From assembly GCA_043809315.1 (NCBI GenBank), contig JAZDDX010000020.1, positions 64,001 through 128,000 of the forward strand: a DNA stretch of 64,000 bases. The letters are read 5' to 3'. Within the stretch, counting starts at the first letter, position 1; each line of letters opens with the position of its first letter. Source of the stretch: Pseudomonadota bacterium. GTDB lineage: Bacteria > Bdellovibrionota_G > JALEGL01 > DATDPG01. The position numbers and the translations under genes are program-made. Positions 35,633 through 43,915 of this stretch are shown piece by piece. The notes under the pieces are model-generated. The model saw only the letters and a program-made list of their open reading frames with translations, searched no databases and was not told the DNA's origin.

Positions 35633-36592
35633 CTACTCCCGGATTCCCATGACGAGGGCCAGGAGCGACATCCGCATCACGACGCCGTTGAACGCCTCCT
35701 GCCAGTACCGCGACCAGCGGGTGATATCGACATCCGAGGGGATCTCGTCCATCCGCGGGAGCGAATGGAGAAGGATCGCGTCCGACTTCGCTTTCTTCGA
35801 GAGAAGCTCGCGCGTGATCTTGTAGTTGGCGGGGGTCAAATCGACCTCCTGCCCCTTATCCCGTTCCTGCCGCGACTTCGTGTAGTCGGGCTGAACGACC
35901 GGCTCGACCAGGATGACGTCGGCGTCGCCGATCGCCTGCTCGACATGCTCCGCTTCCTTGAAGTTCAGGTTGTACTCTTTCAGCTCCTTCTTGAACTCCG
36001 GCTTCAAGCTCAGCTCCGGGGGAGCGACGAACGTGATCGGGCAGTCGAACTGCGTGAGGGCGTAGGCCAAGGAGTGCATCGTCCGCATCCGCATGTCGCC
36101 GACCGCGAGCCATTTGAGGCCGTCGATCCGTCCCTTTTCCTGCTGCACAGTATAGAGGTCGGTCAGAATTTGCGTCGGGTGTTCGCCCCAGCCGTCGCCG
36201 CCGTTGATGATCGGAACGGAGGCCCACTTCGCCGCTTCGTGCGGGGCCCCTTGTTGGAAGTGCCGCATGACGATCACGTCGCCGTAGAACTCGAGCATCT
36301 TGACCGTGTCTTTGATCGACTCCTGATAAAAGTCGCCGGCCCGGGTCATTTTCGCATCGGAGAAGCCGTTCACGTGGCCGCCGAGACGGTGCATTGCCGC
36401 CTCGTGCGCGAGGCGCGTACGGGTTGACGGCTGATAGAACGCCGTCACCATCGTCTTGTCCTTCAATAGGTCGCTGTTTCGCCGGTTCCGAGCGATCGGC
36501 TCCAGCTCCTTGGCCACCTCGAACGTCCGGAAGAACTCGTTCCGTTCGAAATCTTTAAGCGAAAGAATGTCCCGTCCCGCGAAGCTGCGCAT
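35633..36592 (-). CDS. Aspartate carbamoyltransferase-like protein with altered acceptor site
   Basis: Motifs QPSTRTR, VMRH, NGGDG..EHPTQ, HSLPR are present. The canonical KGE and TRxQxER aspartate-binding motifs are absent. Confidence 0.85.
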   Translation of the reverse strand: MRSFAGRDILSLKDFERNEFFRTFEVAKELEPIARNRRNSDLLKDKTMVTAFYQPSTRTRLAHEAAMHRLGGHVNGFSDAKMTRAGDFYQESIKDTVKMLEFYGDVIVMRHFQQGAPHEAAKWASVPIINGGDGWGEHPTQILTDLYTVQQEKGRIDGLKWLAVGDMRMRTMHSLAYALTQFDCPITFVAPPELSLKPEFKKELKEYNLNFKEAEHVEQAIGDADVILVEPVVQPDYTKSRQERDKGQEVDLTPANYKITRELLSKKAKSDAILLHSLPRMDEIPSDVDITRWSRYWQEAFNGVVMRMSLLALVMGIRE

Positions 36593-36730
36593 GATTTATA
36601 TCTCCTTAAATTTATTCATATTTTGAATATCGACCGCGACCCCTCTCGCGACTCGGAACTCGATTACCTATATCCAAAGCGGCTTTGCCGCAAGTTTCCC
36701 GGGAGGGGAAATAGGTATGGTGTCCCCCGA

Positions 36731-38050
36731 TTAGAACCGGGCCCAGAGGGCGGTGGAGAGCTCGCGGGCACGGGCGGAAATGCGGGGTTCGTCGATCCCG
36801 ATCAACTTCTTCCCTTGCATGAGAACCTTCCCGCCGACGATCGTCGTGTCGCACGCGACCTGCGACAACCCGAACAGCAGGTGCCCCAGGAACGTCTGGT
36901 CGCTGAACTCGGTCGGCGGGTCGTAGTCGAAGAGGGCGAAGTCGGCCTTGTACCCTTCCCGGATCTCTCCGATCTTCGCCGGGAAAAGCCTCTGCGCGAT
37001 CTTTGCGTTGTTCGAAAGGAGGGCGTTCAAGACCTCCATGAACCCGACGCTCGGCTCCTTCTTCGAAAGATGAAGCACCCAGAGCGCGCACCGGGCCTCC
37101 TCCAACATGTTCTCGGTCATCGCGTCGGTCCCCAAGCCAACCAGGATCTTTTTCTGAACCATCTTCAGGAGATCTGCGACGCCGACTGCGTTGTTCATGT
37201 TCGACTGCGGGTTGTGGACCAGGATCGTGTCGCTCTCGGCCAGAAGATCCATCTCCCGGTCATTCAAGTGAACGCCGTGGGCACAGATCGTTTTCTTCCC
37301 GAGTATCCCGAACTTCTTGAGCCGCTCGACGACGCGCATCTTGTGCGTCTTCTCGCACTGTTCCTGGTCGGATGCCGCTTCGGCCGTATGGACATGAAAT
37401 CCGGCGTTCAAACCCCTCGACGCCTCCACTGCGCGCTCCAACGTCTTGTCCCCGATCGTGAATTGCGCATGCAACCCGAAGAGACCGGTCAACCGGTCGG
37501 TCGGCTTCCGCTTTAAGAACTCGACGTTCTCCTGGATCCCTTCGGCAGCTTTTTCCGGACCATCCCGGTCGGAAAGCTCGTAACAGAGGCAGGCCCGAAT
37601 TCCGGTTTCCGCGACGGCATCGGCAATCTTCGATAACGACCCGGTGATAGCGAACGGGCTCGCATGGTGATCGATCCCCGTCGTCGTCCCGTGGCGGATC
37701 GCATCGATCGCGGTCAAGAGGGCACTGTAATAGTTGTCGTCGGCGGTCAGTTTCTTGTCCAGCCTCCACCAGAGATTCTCCAGTACTTCGACGAAGTTCT
37801 TCGACAGCTTCGCCTTCCCGAGGCCTCGCGAAAAAGCGCTATAGAAATGGGTGTGGGCGTTGATGAAGCCGGGGAGAACGACTTTCCCCTTGGCATCGAT
37901 CGTCGTGTCGGTCTTCTCTTTTCCGAGTTCAGAGTCGGGTCCGACCTTACGGATCGTGTCCTCTTCGACCAGAACCGAATGATTCGGGAGAACCCGGTTC
38001 GAAGCTCCCAACGTCACGACCGTCCCGTTCCGGATCAACATTCGCTTCAT
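36731..38050 (-). CDS. ssnA: SsnA-like amidohydrolase
   Basis: Motifs INAHTHFYS, LENLWWRLDK, IDHHAS, CYELSDRDG, GLHAQFT, HNPQSNMNNAVG, LGTD. Confidence 0.9.
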   Translation of the reverse strand: MKRMLIRNGTVVTLGASNRVLPNHSVLVEEDTIRKVGPDSELGKEKTDTTIDAKGKVVLPGFINAHTHFYSAFSRGLGKAKLSKNFVEVLENLWWRLDKKLTADDNYYSALLTAIDAIRHGTTTGIDHHASPFAITGSLSKIADAVAETGIRACLCYELSDRDGPEKAAEGIQENVEFLKRKPTDRLTGLFGLHAQFTIGDKTLERAVEASRGLNAGFHVHTAEAASDQEQCEKTHKMRVVERLKKFGILGKKTICAHGVHLNDREMDLLAESDTILVHNPQSNMNNAVGVADLLKMVQKKILVGLGTDAMTENMLEEARCALWVLHLSKKEPSVGFMEVLNALLSNNAKIAQRLFPAKIGEIREGYKADFALFDYDPPTEFSDQTFLGHLLFGLSQVACDTTIVGGKVLMQGKKLIGIDEPRISARARELSTALWARF

Positions 38051-40614
38051 TACAGCACCTTCTTGTCTTTGATCGGCAGCGTGTACCGCCGTTTCTTGTC
38101 GTACTGGTAGAGTGCGTTCGCGACCGCCGCCGGTGTCGGGACGAGGCCGATCTCGCCGACCCCCTTCGCGCCGAACGGACCGTTCGGATCGGCCACCTCA
38201 ACTCCTTTGACCACCACCTTCGGCATTTGCTTCGCGCGGAGAACACCGCACTTCGCCAGCTTATCGAAGACCAGGTGCCCGTCCTTCATCGGAAGCTCTT
38301 CTGTCAGCGCATACCCGAGCCCCATATGGATCGACCCCTCGATCTGCCCCTCGAAGAGGGTCGGGTTCATGATCCTCCCGGCGTCGTGGGCGGCATAAAC
38401 CGTGTCGATCTTGCCGTTTTCATCGAGCACCACGACCTGAGTCGCATACCCGTACGAGTAGTGCGTGTGATGCTCCCCCTTCTCGTTGGGATGGTCCGGC
38501 TTCGTCGTCCAATCGCAGTTCCATTCCCCGGCGTAAAGCTTGCCCGAAAGCTCTTTCAAGCTCTTCTTCTTGAGATCGGCTTTCAGCTCTTTGCAGGCAT
38601 TGATCACCGAATGAGCCAGGAGCGACGTCCCGCGCGAAGCGGTCGTCATCCCGCAGACCGCCTCGGCCGATGTGTCGACCCGGACCTCCACGATCGACGG
38701 GTCGATCCCGGTCTCCTCGCAGAGCGCCTGGACCCCCATCGTGTGGATCCCCTGCCCCATCTCGGTCCAGCCATGATGGAGAATCACTTTTTTCTCCGAA
38801 ACGATCTCGATCTTGCACCGGCCAGTGTCCCACATCCCGTTTCCGATCCCGGTGTTCTTGATGCCGCAGGCGATCCCGGCATGTTTCGCTTTCCGAAAGA
38901 CGTCTTTGAGCGCAAGGAGCGTCTGGCGGACCCCCGCACCGCCCCGAATGATCTGTCCGGTCGTGATCATCTCTCCGTCCCGGACGGCGTTGTCATACCG
39001 GAACTGCCACCGGTCGAATCCCCCCTTTTCGCAGAGTTCGTCGATCAAGCTTTCGATTGCAAAGGTCGACTGGGGGACGCCGAACCCCCGCATCGCCCCA
39101 CACGGGATGTTGTTGGTGTAGACCTCGAGCCCTTCGACGTCGACGTTCGGGACGATGTACGCCCCCGCCGCGTGCCCCACGGCCCGCTCGACGACCTTGG
39201 CCCCGACTGAAGCGTAGGCGCCGCCGTCGGCAACCATTCGTGCGTAGAGAGCGGTCAGCTTCCCGTTCTTGTCACACCCGACCTTGTAATCCATGACGAA
39301 CGGGTGGCGCTTCGGGTGCATCCGAATCGACTCGGTCCGGTCGAGAATGATTCCAACCGGCTTTTTTGTGAGCCAAGAAGCGAGCGCCGCATGCCCCTGA
39401 ACGGTCAGGTCTTCTTTCCCTCCGAACCCTCCCCCGGTTTCGACCTGAATGACGTTCACGTTCGATTCGGGAAGTTTCAGGAGCTTGGCGATCTGGGTCC
39501 GATCTTCGTACGCCCCCTGCCCCTGGGAGAAGACTTTGAGCCCCTCCTTGGACGGTTCGACGAAGCAGGCTTCCGGCTCGGCGAAGGCATGTTCGACCCG
39601 TTGAGTGGTGAAACGTCCTTCCGACCGGTAGGCAGACTCAGCTAATGTTTTTTCTACATTTCCACGCTTAACCATGCTTACCGAAAGAATATTTCCATTC
39701 TTATGAATCTTCGGTGCTTGCGGTTTCAGAGCTTCGAACGGATCGGTGACGGGAGTCAGAACCTCATACTTTATCTCGATCGCGTCGACCGCTTTTCGGG
39801 CGATCGACACGCTATCGGCGGCAACGCAAGCGAGGACATCTCCGATGTATCGGGTCTCCTCCCCTTCCCGGATCATGAGCGGCCAGTCTGGGGTAATCGT
39901 CCCCATCCTCCGGTCGCCGGGGATCTCCTTGGCGGTGAAGATCCCTTGGACGCCGGGGATCTTCTTCGCCTTCGACGTGTCGATCGAGACGACCTGAGCA
40001 CGGGGGTGATCGCTGAACTTGAGCGCCCCGTGGAGCATCCCGTCCCGTTTCATGTCGCCGACGAAGATGTGCCGGCCGAGAACGAGATCGCGGGCGTTGT
40101 ATTTCGAGTATCGCTTCCCGACACCGGCGGAGAGAGTCTTGCGAGGGACCTTCTTGTTCTCCCGGATTGCTTCCGCCGCCAGGAGGATCGCATCGACGAT
40201 CTTGTGGTACCCGGTGCAGCGGCAGAGGCTCTTATTCAGATTCTGGACGACCTGTTCGCGGGTCGGGGTCGGATTCTTATCCAGCATCGCTTTCGCCTGG
40301 ATCACGATCCCCGGCGTGCAGAAGCCGCATTGGACCGCTCCTTTTTCGACGAACGCATCGGCGAACGCGTCCTGGATTCGCGGCTCCCATCCCTCGATGG
40401 TGACGACCTTGGCCCCTTCCACATCCTTCATCAGCGTGTGACAGGAAAGGGTGGTCTTGTTCTCCAGTTCTACGGAACAGTACCCGCAGGCTCCCTCCCC
40501 CGCACAACCCTTTCGGACGGAGGTCAGCCCCGCGATGTCACGCAGGTAGTCGAAGAGAGAGAGTTCCGGATCGCCCGAGTAGTTGATCTCCTTGCTGTTG
40601 AGCCGAAACCGCAT
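38050..40614 (-). CDS. Single-chain FeS-Mo hydroxylase, selenium-dependent xanthine dehydrogenase (XdhD-like) type
   Basis: Two [2Fe-2S] motifs fused to a Mo domain; GGGFGGKED, HPKRHP, AMRGFG, GIACGIKNTGIGNG, TTASRG, GAKGVGEI; no FAD domain. Confidence 0.9.
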   Translation of the reverse strand: MRFRLNSKEINYSGDPELSLFDYLRDIAGLTSVRKGCAGEGACGYCSVELENKTTLSCHTLMKDVEGAKVVTIEGWEPRIQDAFADAFVEKGAVQCGFCTPGIVIQAKAMLDKNPTPTREQVVQNLNKSLCRCTGYHKIVDAILLAAEAIRENKKVPRKTLSAGVGKRYSKYNARDLVLGRHIFVGDMKRDGMLHGALKFSDHPRAQVVSIDTSKAKKIPGVQGIFTAKEIPGDRRMGTITPDWPLMIREGEETRYIGDVLACVAADSVSIARKAVDAIEIKYEVLTPVTDPFEALKPQAPKIHKNGNILSVSMVKRGNVEKTLAESAYRSEGRFTTQRVEHAFAEPEACFVEPSKEGLKVFSQGQGAYEDRTQIAKLLKLPESNVNVIQVETGGGFGGKEDLTVQGHAALASWLTKKPVGIILDRTESIRMHPKRHPFVMDYKVGCDKNGKLTALYARMVADGGAYASVGAKVVERAVGHAAGAYIVPNVDVEGLEVYTNNIPCGAMRGFGVPQSTFAIESLIDELCEKGGFDRWQFRYDNAVRDGEMITTGQIIRGGAGVRQTLLALKDVFRKAKHAGIACGIKNTGIGNGMWDTGRCKIEIVSEKKVILHHGWTEMGQGIHTMGVQALCEETGIDPSIVEVRVDTSAEAVCGMTTASRGTSLLAHSVINACKELKADLKKKSLKELSGKLYAGEWNCDWTTKPDHPNEKGEHHTHYSYGYATQVVVLDENGKIDTVYAAHDAGRIMNPTLFEGQIEGSIHMGLGYALTEELPMKDGHLVFDKLAKCGVLRAKQMPKVVVKGVEVADPNGPFGAKGVGEIGLVPTPAAVANALYQYDKKRRYTLPIKDKKVL

Positions 40615-40689
40615 GGCGCCTTACCTCCCGCGGGAGGCAGATTATCCTGACTCCCCTCGGATCGCTATATCGTATATTGTCCGACCCCT

Positions 40690-43188
40690 ATGCCGATCAT
40701 GACCGAAGCCCAGATCCGTCACGAGATTTCGCGGTGCGAGTACTGCGAGAAGAAACCGTGCCGGGACGGCTGCCCCGCGCACTGCTCCCCGGCCGATTTC
40801 ATCATGGCGATCCGGGTCGGTTCCCAGGCCGATTACCTCCGCGCCGCCGGCGAGATCTTGGGCAAAAACCCCCTCGGCGGGATCTGCGGGGCGGTCTGCC
40901 CCGAGCGTCATTGCATGGCAGCCTGCTCCCGTGAGGCGCTCGACAAGCCGATCGAGATCCCGAGCCTCCAGGAAACGATCATCCGGAAAGCGGCCGGCGG
41001 AACGGGGTATCCGGTGTTCGAAGAACCGCTGGAGAATGGAAAAAAGATCGCGATCATCGGTTCCGGCCCATCCGGCCTCGCCGCGGCCTTCACTCTTTCC
41101 CACCTCGGATACCGTGTCGAGATCTTCGAACAGGACCGGCGACCCGGAGGGGCCCTAAACCTGATCCCCCCGCACCGTCTCCCTCCGGAAGTCCTGAATG
41201 GAGACCTCAAGTTTCTCCTTTCGTCGAAACGGATCACGCTTCACCTCGGCGAGAAGATCTCCAACCCGAAACACCTGGTCGGCTACGACGCCGTGATCGT
41301 GGCGGTCGGGTTGACCGACCCGGTCCGGCTCGGGATCCCCGGGGAGGAGAAAGCGATCACCGGGTGGGAGTACCTCTCGGACCCAGCACAGTTGAAAATC
41401 CATGGTCCGGTCGCCGTGATCGGCGGCGGAGCGGTCGCGCTCGACTGCGCCGTCACCGCACGCCGCAGGGGGGCGAAACAGGTCGAGATCTTCTCGCTCG
41501 AAAAGTTCAGCGAGATGCCGCTTGCCGCTCGCGAACGACACGAGATTCTCGAAACCGGTATCCATGTGAACGGACGAATGCGCGTCACGAAGATCGTGAC
41601 CGGCCCCGGCGGAATCACTGGGATCGAAACCGTCCGGATCGCCTATCCGAAGGGGGATCGGAGCCTCGACGCCACACCCGAGAAACCGGAACCGTTCGAT
41701 CCGAGGGGGATCGTCGATCTTCCCGGAACGGAGCAGAAGCGTCCCGGATTTGACCACGTCATCGTCGCAATCGGGCAACGCCCGTCGATCAAGACAACCG
41801 CCGACATGCACGTCGCCGGCGACTGCGTGACCGGTCCTTCGACCGTCGTCGAGGCCGCAGCCGAGGGGAAAAGCATCGCGGTCGAGATTCACTCCCGTCT
41901 GACCGGTACGCCGTACGTCTGCCCCGACCGCCCGCGGAAGAGCCGTGCCACGATCTCCGGATTCCGGAATTGCCCCGTTCCGCTCGAGACCGATTTCTTC
42001 GGCCGGAAGATCCCCTCCCCCTTCCTCCTTTCCGCCGCCCCACCGACCGACGGGTACGAGCAGATGAAGAAAGGGCTCCAGGCAGGATGGGCCGGCGGGA
42101 TCATGAAGACGGCGTTCGACGGGATCCCGATTCATATCCCCTCCGAGTACATGTTTACGTTCGACTCCAAGACGTGGGGAAACTGCGACAACGTCTCGGG
42201 GCACGCGCTCGAACGCGTTTGTCGAGAGGTCGAAAAGCTGACGAAAGAGTTCCCCGATCGGCTGATCATGGCATCGACCGGTGGTCCGGTGACCGGGAAT
42301 GACGCCGATGACGCGAAGGGGTGGCTAAGCAACACGAAGAAGCTCGAGTCGGCCGGCGTGATGGGGATCGAGTATTCGCTTTCCTGCCCGCAAGGGGGGG
42401 ACGGCACCGAAGGGGACATCGTTTCCCAGAATGCGGCGCTGACGGTGAAGATCATCGAGTGGGTTCTTCAAAAGAGTGACCCAAACGTCCCAAAGCTGTT
42501 CAAACTGACGGCCGCGGTCACCTCCATCCCGAGCATCGTCGCGCCGATCAAAGTGCTCTTATCCAAATACCCAAAAGCGAAGGTCGGGATCACGCTCGCG
42601 AACACTTTCCCGACCCTCGCCTTCCGTCCGGCGAGCGGAAAGAAGTGGGACGAAGGAGTGATCGTCGGGATGAGCGGCGAAGGGGTGACGCCGATCAGCA
42701 ACCTGACGCTGGCAAAGGTGGCGCCATTGGGCGTCGCAGTCTCCGGGAATGGCGGGCCGATGAACTACAAGGCGGCCGCCGATTTCCTGGCCTTGGGAGC
42801 CCGCACGGTTCAGTTCTGCACCGCCGCGATGAAGTACGGATATGGCGTGATCGATGAGTTGCACTCCGGGTTGAGCTATCTCATGAAAGAGCGAGGCATC
42901 GGTTCGGTGGAGGAGCTGATCGGCATCGCCCTCCCGAATCCGGTGACCGACTTCATGGCGCTTTCGGCGACCAAGGGGATCTCCGCGGCACACGACGAGA
43001 TCTGTGTGAGCTGCGGCAACCGCACCCGCTGTCCGTACCTTGCAATCACGCTCGACACCCAGAACCACCCCGTGACCGACGCATCGAAATGCGTCGGGTG
43101 CAGCATCTGCGCGAAGATGTGCATGTCGGGGGCGCTCTATCTTCGGGAACGAACCGCCGATGAGTTGGTTTCTCTTAAGGAAAGCTGA
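40690..43188 (+). CDS. Dihydropyrimidine dehydrogenase-like fused flavo-FeS protein (PreT-like + PreA-like + ferredoxin)
   Basis: N-terminal Cys clusters, GSGPSG, GGGAVALD, TIM barrel with LSCP, KLT, ANT and VQFCT, C-terminal ferredoxin. Confidence 0.88.
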   Translation: MPIMTEAQIRHEISRCEYCEKKPCRDGCPAHCSPADFIMAIRVGSQADYLRAAGEILGKNPLGGICGAVCPERHCMAACSREALDKPIEIPSLQETIIRKAAGGTGYPVFEEPLENGKKIAIIGSGPSGLAAAFTLSHLGYRVEIFEQDRRPGGALNLIPPHRLPPEVLNGDLKFLLSSKRITLHLGEKISNPKHLVGYDAVIVAVGLTDPVRLGIPGEEKAITGWEYLSDPAQLKIHGPVAVIGGGAVALDCAVTARRRGAKQVEIFSLEKFSEMPLAARERHEILETGIHVNGRMRVTKIVTGPGGITGIETVRIAYPKGDRSLDATPEKPEPFDPRGIVDLPGTEQKRPGFDHVIVAIGQRPSIKTTADMHVAGDCVTGPSTVVEAAAEGKSIAVEIHSRLTGTPYVCPDRPRKSRATISGFRNCPVPLETDFFGRKIPSPFLLSAAPPTDGYEQMKKGLQAGWAGGIMKTAFDGIPIHIPSEYMFTFDSKTWGNCDNVSGHALERVCREVEKLTKEFPDRLIMASTGGPVTGNDADDAKGWLSNTKKLESAGVMGIEYSLSCPQGGDGTEGDIVSQNAALTVKIIEWVLQKSDPNVPKLFKLTAAVTSIPSIVAPIKVLLSKYPKAKVGITLANTFPTLAFRPASGKKWDEGVIVGMSGEGVTPISNLTLAKVAPLGVAVSGNGGPMNYKAAADFLALGARTVQFCTAAMKYGYGVIDELHSGLSYLMKERGIGSVEELIGIALPNPVTDFMALSATKGISAAHDEICVSCGNRTRCPYLAITLDTQNHPVTDASKCVGCSICAKMCMSGALYLRERTADELVSLKES

Positions 43189-43192
43189 TCCG

Positions 43193-43915
43193 TCACTTCT
43201 TCGAATCGGGCCCGATCGGAATCACGTCGTCTGAAAGATAGATGCCGAGAGGGCTGACGCCGGGTTTCCCTACCGGGACCCGTTCCCCCCTCTTCTTGAA
43301 ATAATCTTTCCAGATTTTCCACGCACGATCGCGAGGGTTTCGCGGATCCCCGAAGTACATCGGCCGATACGAAAACAGTCTGCGATTGGGCAAGGCCTTG
43401 GAGAAGACGTCCGCGACCAGCTCAGAGCAATAGTACTTCCCGTTATTCCGGAGAAACGCTTCGTCGTAAGGTCTCCCCAAATATCGCTTCGCGACCCCGA
43501 CGATGCGCACGCGATCCTCCAAGGAAAGACCCCGGATGTGTCCGAACCGCCGCCGTTGTTCGGGGTGCGGAAGCTTCCTCAGGCGGGCACTCACTTTTTC
43601 ATACGGAGTCCGTTGAACCCCGTCCCAAGCCTCGTACAGGAACCAGCGCCCCTCCTCCTCTGAAAGAATACCGACATGCGACAGAGAGGGTCCCTTCACG
43701 CGGAATTGCCGTTTCGTGACGTCCGCGATCGCGTCACACAACTTGCCGCATCCCAAATCAAGAAACACGAGATCGCCGGACTGAATCGCCGGCGGACTCG
43801 CAACGGGCGGAGGAGGGGGTGGGACACACGCCGAAGAGATGAGTCCGACAAGGAGCGCCAGGATTCTGAATTCGGGGTTCAGTCGTTTGTCCCCATTACC
43901 GGAATTCCCGGACAA
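43193..43915 (-). CDS. YiiX/YebB-like permuted NlpC/P60 lipoprotein
   Basis: Lipobox-like ISSAC; motifs GDLVF, SHVGI, LGRPYD, YYCSELV. Start uncertain. Confidence 0.82.
   Translation of the reverse strand: MSGNSGNGDKRLNPEFRILALLVGLISSACVPPPPPPVASPPAIQSGDLVFLDLGCGKLCDAIADVTKRQFRVKGPSLSHVGILSEEEGRWFLYEAWDGVQRTPYEKVSARLRKLPHPEQRRRFGHIRGLSLEDRVRIVGVAKRYLGRPYDEAFLRNNGKYYCSELVADVFSKALPNRRLFSYRPMYFGDPRNPRDRAWKIWKDYFKKRGERVPVGKPGVSPLGIYLSDDVIPIGPDSKK

Noticed and set aside
40624-40637. Perfect palindrome CCTCCCGCGGGAGG next to the XdhD-like RBS
   Set aside because: Loop-less, GC-rich and single-copy; cannot be distinguished from chance pairing with the SD sequence.
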